Source of the DNA: Longimicrobiales bacterium
Lineage (GTDB): Bacteria > Gemmatimonadota > Gemmatimonadetes > Longimicrobiales > Gaopeijiaceae
DNA length: 64,000 bases
Assembly (NCBI GenBank): GCA_965204735.1
Contig: OZ242008.1
Location: 4,000,001-4,064,000 of the forward strand
Reading direction: 5' to 3'
The first letter of the stretch is position 1; every line of letters starts with the position of its first letter. The notes beneath the pieces were generated by a model. It searched no databases and was not told the DNA's origin. It worked only from the letters and a program-made list of their open reading frames with translations. Made by a program: the position numbers and the translations under genes. Below are positions 31,193-39,156 of this stretch, one piece after another.

Positions 31193-31801
31193 GTGACGTG
31201 CTTGGAGTTGCCCGGCCTGACGTGCTCCGACGGCGAAGGCGCCGCCCGCCCGGTCGCCGGGGCGTCGCCCGGCCTGACGCCCACCGAGCTGGGAGAGCAC
31301 TTGGCGCGCTTGGTCTGGGAAAGCCTTTCGGACGTCCTCACCGACGACCGGAGCCTGACGGTTCTGGCCCGCCTCGGCGCACTGGCCGCCGACGGGACGC
31401 CCAGCTCCAGGGCGTCGGAAGAGCTGCTGATCCTCTTGCTGTGGGCCCACACCCGAGGCATCCAGCAGGCGTACGCGGCGCGGGGCGCGCGCTTGGCCCG
31501 GGTCGCGCTGGACGAGCTCCACCGGGCCGTCTTCGAGGACATGGTGGCCGCCGGCTCCCGGCGCGAGGAGCTGCCGATCTTCGAGCAACGGGTCAGGACG
31601 CGCTACGCCGAGTACGGGCGGGCCGCCAAGGCGTCGGATCACGCGGTGGGGTCGGTTGCGCTCCGGTCCATAGCTGGGCGGACCGCCGCGCGCGCCCACC
31701 AGGACGGGAGCGAGGACGCCCGGGTGCTGGCGACGAGGGCCGTCGGCGTCGCCGCTCCGATAGGCGACTTCTACGCCGATGTGGACTTGCTGGAGGGCTG
31801 A
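31193..31801 (+). CDS. hypothetical helical protein
   Basis: AGAGGA upstream; protein-like composition. Confidence 0.6.
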   Translation: MTCLELPGLTCSDGEGAARPVAGASPGLTPTELGEHLARLVWESLSDVLTDDRSLTVLARLGALAADGTPSSRASEELLILLLWAHTRGIQQAYAARGARLARVALDELHRAVFEDMVAAGSRREELPIFEQRVRTRYAEYGRAAKASDHAVGSVALRSIAGRTAARAHQDGSEDARVLATRAVGVAAPIGDFYADVDLLEG

Positions 31802-32061
31802 TCCGGGCCGGAGCGGCCGAGGCCGGGGCCTTCCTTCTGGCGCCAGCGCAGGACTTCGAAGGGGCTTCTGCACTCCGCGCACCACCACGTGGAGAGCGAG
31901 GCGTGGCTGCCGAAAGCGGAAGCGAGTTCGGTGCGGCGACCCTTGCAGAACGGACACGCCGGGTCCGGCGCCGCCGGCGTCCTTCCTCCGGCAGCCGCCG
32001 CGCCGCCCTTCCCGGCGGACGCGCCCCCGCCGGCGCTCGAGCCCGCGGCGCCTCCGCTCAC
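31771..32061 (-). CDS. PaaD-like zinc-ribbon protein
   Basis: CPFC...SAFGS...CAECRSPFE matches the PaaD C-terminal ribbon pattern. Confidence 0.7.
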   Translation of the reverse strand: MSGGAAGSSAGGGASAGKGGAAAAGGRTPAAPDPACPFCKGRRTELASAFGSHASLSTWWCAECRSPFEVLRWRQKEGPGLGRSGPDQPSSKSTSA

Positions 32062-32083
32062 CGTGTCTTCCGGGTCTTCCGGC

Positions 32084-32893
32084 CTAGCAGTCGCCGACGA
32101 AGAGCCGGTTGCGCGCGCCCCGCACCCGCTCCATTGCCTCTCGGTCGGGAGCGCCGGGGCCCCGCCGCCGCTTCGAGTCCCACTCTCCCGTCATGGGGAT
32201 GACGTGGTCCAGTCGAACGTCCACCAACGCCAGCAGGTCGGCGACCCGCTCCTCGTACCTGGCGCGCACCCGGTCCTCCCGCCACACCATCAGGCTGTGG
32301 GCAAAGATCCCGTAGAGCTTGTCGCCGGGCAGCAGCCAGCCGAGGGTGGTGGAAAGCATCTCCCTGGTCGCCGTCTGCAGCCGCACCGCACCCTCGCCTC
32401 CCGCCCCCGCCAGCCGCCGGAACCAAGCTTCGCCGAACTGCCAGTGGTACTCCTCCTCGGCCAGCATCTTGGGAATGCGCGCGTTCGCCCGATCGAACAT
32501 GCCGCCGCCGAACGCCTCCAGGGCCGTCGACAGGGCGCCGTCCACGACCACGACGGCCGCCGCGAACGCCGCCCAGTCGGCAAAGGGGCGGTCCAGCGCC
32601 GGCACCGAGCAGAAGTCGGCGTCGCGGCGCATGTTCTCGACCTCGTAGGCCATCATGTCGAAGTGCTTCAGCATCGAGTAGAGCAGGCGCGAGTGGCCCC
32701 ACTCGTCCTGGGCCATTGAGGACGCCGCGATTCCCGTCTCGATGGAGGGGCTTCCCAGCAGCCAGTCGCTGTAGCGGATTCCCAGCATCCGCTTCGTGTC
32801 GGCCAAGGTGACGATGTGGCGTGGCAGGAACCTTGCCGCCGGACGGGTCATCCACGTGTCGGCGATCTTCTTGAAGTCGCTGCCGGCGCTCAC
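32084..32893 (-). CDS. paaC: 1,2-phenylacetyl-CoA epoxidase subunit C-like ferritin-fold protein
   Basis: LADTKRMLG, QDEWGH, DWA, KMLAEEEYH; position after paaB-like gene. Confidence 0.7.
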   Translation of the reverse strand: MSAGSDFKKIADTWMTRPAARFLPRHIVTLADTKRMLGIRYSDWLLGSPSIETGIAASSMAQDEWGHSRLLYSMLKHFDMMAYEVENMRRDADFCSVPALDRPFADWAAFAAAVVVVDGALSTALEAFGGGMFDRANARIPKMLAEEEYHWQFGEAWFRRLAGAGGEGAVRLQTATREMLSTTLGWLLPGDKLYGIFAHSLMVWREDRVRARYEERVADLLALVDVRLDHVIPMTGEWDSKRRRGPGAPDREAMERVRGARNRLFVGDC

Positions 32894-33279
32894 TGCTCTC
32901 CCTCCGAACCGCTCGCGCCCAGGCCGTGGGTGCCGGAGCCGTCGCGCCCAGGGGTGTCCGTGGGGCCTTGGAGGTCCGCGGTCTCCTCCCGCAGGAACTC
33001 TCTCCCCGAACCTCGGCTTCCCCAGGGGCCGTCGTCCCGGTTGACGGGAAGGATCGCGCTTCTTGGAACCACGCACATCTCGAACCAGGTCTCCTCGTCG
33101 TAGGTCTTCCAGGCGTAGACTCTGGCCAGCGCGTCCCCCGGGGCGTCCACGTAGCCGACGTGGCGCAAGGGCTCGCCTCGCTTCTTGCGGGCGAAGACGT
33201 CGTACACGCCCTCGCCCAGAGCCGACCGGTCGGGCTGGTCGGGCCGATCCGCGCCCGCCCGCGCCGGCAGTGCGCTCAC
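32890..33279 (-). CDS. paaB: PaaB-like small subunit
   Basis: YDVFAR...LRHVGYVDAP...A..YA...Y...MCVVPRSAI resembles PaaB. Confidence 0.7.
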   Translation of the reverse strand: MSALPARAGADRPDQPDRSALGEGVYDVFARKKRGEPLRHVGYVDAPGDALARVYAWKTYDEETWFEMCVVPRSAILPVNRDDGPWGSRGSGREFLREETADLQGPTDTPGRDGSGTHGLGASGSEGEQ

Positions 33280-33707
33280 GCTCCCACTCCAAAGCCCTGG
33301 AGCTGCGCCCTTCCCCGCTCCGTGATCCTGCTCGTCGTCCAGGGCGGGTCCCACACCTCCCGGATCTCCACGGAGCGGACCCACGGCTCCTGCGAGACCC
33401 GGTCCCGCACGTCTTCCTTGATGAAGTCCATGCACGGACACGCGGTGGCGGTGAAGGTCAGGTCGATCCGGGCCGTTCCCCCCTCGAACTCCACCCCGTA
33501 GACCAGCCCCAGGTCCACCAGCGAGATCGGCAGCTCCGGGTCCAAGACCTCGCAAAGCGCCGCGCGCACGGCGCCGGCCCCGTCCAGCGGCGCCTCGTCC
33601 AGCGGCGCCGACCACTGGTCCCGTCCCCCCGACGCCCTGGGCCAAGCCCCCGGGTGCTCGGCGCGAAGGGCCGTGAGGGAGCGTCGGCCGGCGGCTAGCC
33701 CAGCCAC
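33276..33707 (-). CDS. DUF59 / PaaD N-terminal metal-sulfur cluster assembly factor
   Basis: VLDPELPISLVDLGLVYG, TFTATACP, WDPPWT; start approximate. Confidence 0.85.
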   Translation of the reverse strand: MAGLAAGRRSLTALRAEHPGAWPRASGGRDQWSAPLDEAPLDGAGAVRAALCEVLDPELPISLVDLGLVYGVEFEGGTARIDLTFTATACPCMDFIKEDVRDRVSQEPWVRSVEIREVWDPPWTTSRITERGRAQLQGFGVGA

Positions 33708-34687
33708 GACTCCACCGTCCCCCGGGAACGCCGAATCGACTCCACGTAGACCTCGTTCATCGGTCCGCGGCCCTTCCACCGCTCGAAGACCTGGTTCCAG
33801 CTGATCTCGCCGTCGGCGAAGAGCCACTGCTTGGCGTCGGGGTCGTACTCGCAGGGGAAGGGGTAGTCCAGCACGTATTCGTCGAGCCGCTCGGAGTAGC
33901 GGGCGGGGACGGACAGCCCCAGCTCCTCGCAGAGGGGGACCGTGGACGACATCCACACCTGCCGCAGCTCGTCGTTGGTCAGCCCCTTGAGCCGGTACTC
34001 CAGCTGCCCGCTGTGCCGCTTCATGTGGTCCGGCAGACCGAACCACTCGACGGTCATGGGGAACATCCAGTCCACGCACCGCTGGAGGAGCTCGGTGGCC
34101 ACTCCTCCGGCCTTGGAGATCCGGCGCATCCAGACTTCGCCGTGGCGCAGGTGAAAGGTCTCCTCCATGTCCACCTTCGCCAGGGCCCGCTTCAGGGGGC
34201 CGTAGGACGTGTTCCGGTGCACGTCTCCCAGCAGCGTGATCCCCGCCCGGTCGAAGAAGCCGTTGGCCACCACGAGCTCGGCCCAGTTGTCCAGCGGCTG
34301 GTCGAAGCCGTAGGGGTGCTTGAACTCGTGGGGCTCCCGTCCGTAGACCAGCTGCGACTTGGACTCGCCCAGGTCCTCCAGCAGCCGGTAGGCGATGTTG
34401 GCGTGCGCCAGCTCGTCCTGAATGATGGCGTGGGCGCTCACCTGGGTGTTCGTGGACGGCGCGTGGCGGGCTGCGCGCCAGTAGGCCGGGGCGCTCATCA
34501 GCTCCGTGTCCGCCTGGACGGTGAGCTGCACCTTCAGGGCCTTCAGGTACCCCGGCGTCATCTCGTCGGGCGACTCGACGATGTGGCCGTCCTGGACCTT
34601 GGCCTTCAGGGCTTGGTCGGCCTTGAGCGCCTTGGCCCTCCGCTCCTCTTCGCTCCAGCCGTCGGATTCCACGTACATGTCTGCCAT
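33695..34687 (-). CDS. paaA: 1,2-phenylacetyl-CoA epoxidase subunit A-like diiron protein
   Basis: Complete diiron ligand set: QADTE, QDELAH, FFDRAG, EETFH; also TSYGP and TNDELRQ. Confidence 0.75.
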   Translation of the reverse strand: MADMYVESDGWSEEERRAKALKADQALKAKVQDGHIVESPDEMTPGYLKALKVQLTVQADTELMSAPAYWRAARHAPSTNTQVSAHAIIQDELAHANIAYRLLEDLGESKSQLVYGREPHEFKHPYGFDQPLDNWAELVVANGFFDRAGITLLGDVHRNTSYGPLKRALAKVDMEETFHLRHGEVWMRRISKAGGVATELLQRCVDWMFPMTVEWFGLPDHMKRHSGQLEYRLKGLTNDELRQVWMSSTVPLCEELGLSVPARYSERLDEYVLDYPFPCEYDPDAKQWLFADGEISWNQVFERWKGRGPMNEVYVESIRRSRGTVESWLG

Positions 34688-34715
34688 TGGCCTCCCCCTT
34701 CCGGCGCCTGGGCCG

Positions 34716-35015
34716 TCAAATCCCCAGCGACGACCGGATCAGCGGACTGATCCGCTCCGGCGTCCAGGGCGGGTCGAACGTCAGCTCGACCTGGGCGTCC
34801 TCCACTCCATCCACTCCGGCGACCGCCTCCCGAGCCTCCTCCAGAATCTGGCCCGCCGCCGGGCACATGGGCGTGGTCAGGGAGATCGTCACCTTGGCGG
34901 CCGACTCCTCGACCTCGATGTCGTAGACCAGCCCCAGAACCACCAGGTTCAGGTTCAGCTCCGGGTCCTTCACGGCCTTCAGGGCGTCGCGGACGGCTTT
35001 CTCGGTGACTGGCAC
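34716..35015 (-). CDS. DUF59 (SufT-like) protein
   Basis: VKDPELNLNLVVLGLVYDI, LTTPMCP, FDPPWTPE. Confidence 0.85.
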   Translation of the reverse strand: MPVTEKAVRDALKAVKDPELNLNLVVLGLVYDIEVEESAAKVTISLTTPMCPAAGQILEEAREAVAGVDGVEDAQVELTFDPPWTPERISPLIRSSLGI

Positions 35016-35082
35016 GTGGCGGGGCTCCAGCCGTGGGCCGATCTTGCGTTCTGGTCGTCCCCGAATATAGCGAGACGAGATC

Positions 35083-36162
35083 ATGCGGACAGCGATCAAC
35101 ACGGGCGGCGGCGACGCGCCGGGGCTGAACGCGGTAGTGCGGTCGGCTGTGCTGGCGGCGGAGCGCCGAGGCTGGGACGTGGTGGGAATCCGGCAGGGGT
35201 ACGACGGCCTCTTCATGGAGGGCGGGATCGTGCCTCTGGACGCTGCCGCGGTCAGGGGGATCGCTCACCGGGGCGGGACGATCCTCGGCTCCACCAACCG
35301 GGGCAACCCCTTTTCGTTCCCCGTCGAGGCGGAGGACGGCGCCGTGGCGATGGTGGACCGCTCCGGCGACGTGCTTCAGCGGATGGAAGAGCTCGGAATC
35401 GACTGCCTGATCGCCGTGGGGGGCGACGGCTCGCTGCGGATCGCCGGCGAGCTGGCCGAGAAGGGCATGAACGTGGTCGGCGTTCCCAAGACGATCGACA
35501 ACGACCTGGACGCGACGGCCGTCACCTTCGGCTTCCACACCGCCGTCCAGACCGCCACCGACGCGATCGACAAGCTCCACTCCACCGCCGAGGCCCATCG
35601 CCGGGTCATGGTGGTGGAGCTCATGGGACGCCACGCCGGCTGGATCGCTCTCTTCGCTGGGTTTGCCGCCACCGCCGACGTGATCCTGATCCCCGAGCTT
35701 CCGTACGATCTGGCCAAGGTCGCGGCGAAGATCGAGTCGCGCTGGGCCAGGGGACGGGAGTTCGCCATCGTCGTGGTGGCCGAGGGGGCGGCGCCGAAGG
35801 GCGGCGAGGTCTCCTACCTGGACGAGCCCGGGGCCGGACGGGGGCGAAGGCTGGGCGGTGCCGGGAAGCGCGTCGCCCGGGGGCTGGAGGCCCTGACGGG
35901 GAAGGAGACCCGAAGCTTGGTGCTGGGGCACCTCCAGCGGGGCGGCCGACCGATCGCCTACGACAGGATCCTCTCGTTGCGGTTCGGGGCGGCGGCGGTC
36001 GAGTTCGCGGAGCAGGGACTCTTCGGGCGCGTGGTGGCGCTGGACCCGCCGCACATGCGCGCCGTGCCGCTGGCGGAAGCGGTCCGCAAGCGCAAGACGG
36101 TTCCCACGGACTGGGACATGGTGCGCGCCGCCCGGGCGATGGGCGTGTCGTTCGGGGATTGA
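35083..36162 (+). CDS. pfkA: 6-phosphofructokinase (group III, likely ATP-dependent)
   Basis: GGGDAPGLN, GGTILGS, GGDGS, PKTIDND, ELMGRHAGW, LGHLQRGG. Confidence 0.92.
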   Translation: MRTAINTGGGDAPGLNAVVRSAVLAAERRGWDVVGIRQGYDGLFMEGGIVPLDAAAVRGIAHRGGTILGSTNRGNPFSFPVEAEDGAVAMVDRSGDVLQRMEELGIDCLIAVGGDGSLRIAGELAEKGMNVVGVPKTIDNDLDATAVTFGFHTAVQTATDAIDKLHSTAEAHRRVMVVELMGRHAGWIALFAGFAATADVILIPELPYDLAKVAAKIESRWARGREFAIVVVAEGAAPKGGEVSYLDEPGAGRGRRLGGAGKRVARGLEALTGKETRSLVLGHLQRGGRPIAYDRILSLRFGAAAVEFAEQGLFGRVVALDPPHMRAVPLAEAVRKRKTVPTDWDMVRAARAMGVSFGD

Positions 36163-36226
36163 CCGACCGCCCGGCGGGCGACCAAACGGAGGGAACCTTT
36201 TCGACCGACAGCGGGTATTGACCTCC

Positions 36227-37084
36227 ATGAACAAGACTTCGACCGGACGCAGGGCTTGGCAGTCCTGGGCGCGGCTGCCTCTTCTGACGGCCAGTGCGCT
36301 GACGGGCGCGGTGGCGCTGGGGAGCGGCTTGCCTTCGGGGGCGGCGCTGGCGGCTCAGGAGTCGGAGGGCCGGGCGCCTCCCGACACGGCTTCCGCGGCC
36401 GATGCGCGCCCGACGGCCGACACCGCGCTCCATCTCGTGGTGGGGACGGCACTGGACCAGGAGACGGGGGAGCCGGTGTCGGCGGTGGTCGTCGTCCTTC
36501 CCAGCCTGGGTCGGACCACCTTCACCGACGAGCTCGGGCACTTCCGAGTCGAAGGCGTCCCCCCCGGCCGTCATCCGCTGACGATGATTCGGATCGGGTA
36601 CGAGACCTTCGACGGGTCGTTCGTCGTGGACGGCGACGAGTCGTTGGCGGTTCTGATGACGCAGGGCGCCATCCCGCTGGAGGGAATCGAGGTGAAGGTC
36701 AGGAGCCGGGAGGACCTGGAGTGGCGCGCGTCGGGAACCCGGCTGAGCGTGATCGGCCCCGTGGAGATGGAGGAGCTGTCGGAGCGCTACTTCAGCCTGG
36801 GCGACTTGTTGGCCAGTCGCCTCCTCTCCGGCGCCCGCTTCGTCCGGGGAACCGGCGGGCGAGCGGGGTGCATGCAGTCGCGTCGGGGCGTGCGCGCGCG
36901 ATGCTCGGCGGTGGTGCTGGACGGCGTGCTGCTGGCCACCGGCGCCGAGGACTGGGTCTACGACATGAGCGCCTCGAGCGTCTTCGCGATCCGGTTTGTG
37001 CGCGGTCCCGAGGCAGGGTTCCGGTATGGCGCGTCCGGCGGGTCCGGGGTGCTGATCGTGGAGACGCGGTCCGGGCGTCGGTAG
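36227..37084 (+). CDS. secreted carboxypeptidase-regulatory-like domain plus TonB plug-like domain protein
   Basis: Signal peptide; TDELGHFRVEGVPPG, RIGYE; C-terminal RGPEAGFRYG...GVLIVETR plug motif. Confidence 0.7.
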   Translation: MNKTSTGRRAWQSWARLPLLTASALTGAVALGSGLPSGAALAAQESEGRAPPDTASAADARPTADTALHLVVGTALDQETGEPVSAVVVVLPSLGRTTFTDELGHFRVEGVPPGRHPLTMIRIGYETFDGSFVVDGDESLAVLMTQGAIPLEGIEVKVRSREDLEWRASGTRLSVIGPVEMEELSERYFSLGDLLASRLLSGARFVRGTGGRAGCMQSRRGVRARCSAVVLDGVLLATGAEDWVYDMSASSVFAIRFVRGPEAGFRYGASGGSGVLIVETRSGRR

Positions 37085-37166
37085 TAGTCCGAGGCGAATC
37101 GTTCGAGACCGCGTTCGGCCGCCATCCGACCATGATCAGAAAGGACTTTCTGCTGCCGGGGCTCGC

Positions 37167-39125
37167 GTGATGGACAACCCGCTGCAAGCGTCTCTTGCCG
37201 AGCTGACCGCCGTGCAACGCCAGGCCGTCGATTGGGAAGATGGTCCGTTGCTCGTGCTGGCGGGACCGGGCTCCGGCAAGACCCGCGTCCTCGCTTGCCG
37301 AATCGCCCGCCTGCTGGACTCGTCGCCGGATCGACGCTTTCGCATCCTTGCCCTGACGTTCACCAACAAGGCGGCGAACGAGATGGCAGGCCGCGTGAGT
37401 GCTCTCGTGCCAGGGCTGGAAGGACGCACCAACATTGGAACCTTCCACGGTTTCTGTGCGCAGGTCCTCCGGCAGCACGGCGTGCACCTGGGGATCAAGT
37501 CGGACTTCGCGATCTATTCGCAGACCAAGGACCGACAGGCGGTGCTGGAAGACGCGCTCGGCCGCGATTCCGCGCAGGATTGGAGCCACGGGTACCCTCG
37601 ACTTCTACCCTTGATCGACTACCTCAAGACTCGGCTTGTGGAGCCCGATTCGGCGGAGCGATACGTTGGAGCGCTGAACGGCTCGGTGGCCGCAAACGCG
37701 AGTCGGATCGCGCGGGCCTACCGTCTATACGAGGAAGAGCTTCGGTACATCAACGCACTCGACTTCAACTCGCTCATTCTGGATGCGTACCGGCTGTTTT
37801 CCTATCCGGCCATGGCCGACCAATACCGGAGGACGTACCGGTACTGGCTGATCGATGAATTTCAAGACACCAACAGCGCTCAATACAAGCTGCTGCGACG
37901 AATGGCCGGTCAGGATTTCCGCGACGTCTTTGCGGTAGCCGACGACGACCAGACGATCTTCGAGTGGAACGGAGCGAACGTCCAGAGGATCAGCAATCTC
38001 GTGGAAGACTTCTCCTGTCACGTTGTGCAACTGCCAACGAACTTCCGCTGTCCACCGCTCATCGTCGAGGCTGCAAACCGCCTGGTCGTGTACAACTCGC
38101 GCCGCATAGCGTCGAAGCAACTCGCCAAGCCAGCCCGGGTGCCGGGCAGATCACTGCCCTCTGGCGAAGACCAGATTCGGTGCCGCGAGTTCGACACGAA
38201 CGAGGACGAGGTTGCCGGCATTGCGGAAGAAATCGCATGCCTGGATGCTGCGGCCCGCAGCGGAACTGCCGTGCTGGCCAGAACCCGATTCCTCCTCGAG
38301 GCGATGTACGAGGCCTTGATTGACAAGGGTGTCTCCGCGACGATCATGATGCGCCGCGACGACTTCCTGTCTCCGCAGATGCGCTGGTTCGTCGCCTGCC
38401 TGAAGCAGATCGCTCGTCCGCTTGACCGACGCAACATGGCCGTGCTGGTCGAGGCGTTCGGCAGGTTCGCGCCTTCGTCCGTGGATTGGGACGAACTCGT
38501 GTCGCGGTCGGAATCCGACAGGGTTGCTTGCTTCAAGGTGTGGACGGATGCGGTGCGCGGAGTCGGCACGCCGGACCCTGTCGCCGACATGGTGAACGCA
38601 GTTGCCGATCTCTCCGCCGGAAAGCTCAAGCTCACTGCCGCGATTGAACAGATCCTCGGCCACTTCGACAACAACGATCTGGACGACGAGCTCAAGGACG
38701 ACATTAGCGCATGGCGCAGGATTCAACGTGATATCAAGGCCGCGCAGGGCTTCGCATCGCTCGATCGGTTCTTGCAGGAACTTCAACTGCGATCCAAGGA
38801 ACCAGCGCCGACCCCGGGAACGGTGTCGCTGACTACTATTCACGGCGCCAAGGGGCTGGAGTTCGAGACGGTGTACCTGATCGGGATGGCAGAAGAGATA
38901 CTGCCGTCCTGGCACAGCTTGAAGAAGGCCAACGGCAGCGCGGCGCTGGAAGAGGAGCGCCGCGGGTGCTTCGTCGCCGTCACGCGCACCGGCAAGCGCC
39001 TTATCTTGTCGCGGGCTCGACACTACCGGGGATGGCCAAAGGAGCCCTCCCGATTCCTCGAGGAGATGGGCTGCCTCGAGAGCGAGGCTGCCGGCAGCAG
39101 CTGGCGAGGGATCGGGCGACAGTAG
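37167..39125 (+). CDS. UvrD/PcrA-family SF1 ATP-dependent helicase
   Basis: AGPGSGKT, LTFTNKAA, TFHGF, IDEFQD, DDDQTIF, NFRC, TIHGAKGLEF, EERR..FVAVTR. Confidence 0.93.
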   Translation: MMDNPLQASLAELTAVQRQAVDWEDGPLLVLAGPGSGKTRVLACRIARLLDSSPDRRFRILALTFTNKAANEMAGRVSALVPGLEGRTNIGTFHGFCAQVLRQHGVHLGIKSDFAIYSQTKDRQAVLEDALGRDSAQDWSHGYPRLLPLIDYLKTRLVEPDSAERYVGALNGSVAANASRIARAYRLYEEELRYINALDFNSLILDAYRLFSYPAMADQYRRTYRYWLIDEFQDTNSAQYKLLRRMAGQDFRDVFAVADDDQTIFEWNGANVQRISNLVEDFSCHVVQLPTNFRCPPLIVEAANRLVVYNSRRIASKQLAKPARVPGRSLPSGEDQIRCREFDTNEDEVAGIAEEIACLDAAARSGTAVLARTRFLLEAMYEALIDKGVSATIMMRRDDFLSPQMRWFVACLKQIARPLDRRNMAVLVEAFGRFAPSSVDWDELVSRSESDRVACFKVWTDAVRGVGTPDPVADMVNAVADLSAGKLKLTAAIEQILGHFDNNDLDDELKDDISAWRRIQRDIKAAQGFASLDRFLQELQLRSKEPAPTPGTVSLTTIHGAKGLEFETVYLIGMAEEILPSWHSLKKANGSAALEEERRGCFVAVTRTGKRLILSRARHYRGWPKEPSRFLEEMGCLESEAAGSSWRGIGRQ

Positions 39126-39156
39126 CCACGAGGCGTCTGGCCAGCCTCCGTTCGGC

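Noticed and set aside
29059..32202. 1047-aa plus-strand ORF
   Set aside because: Spans several better-supported genes on both strands; no domain signal
37167..39125. Firm call as Gabija GajB
   Set aside because: No intact GajA/OLD nuclease next to it; kept only as a hypothesis
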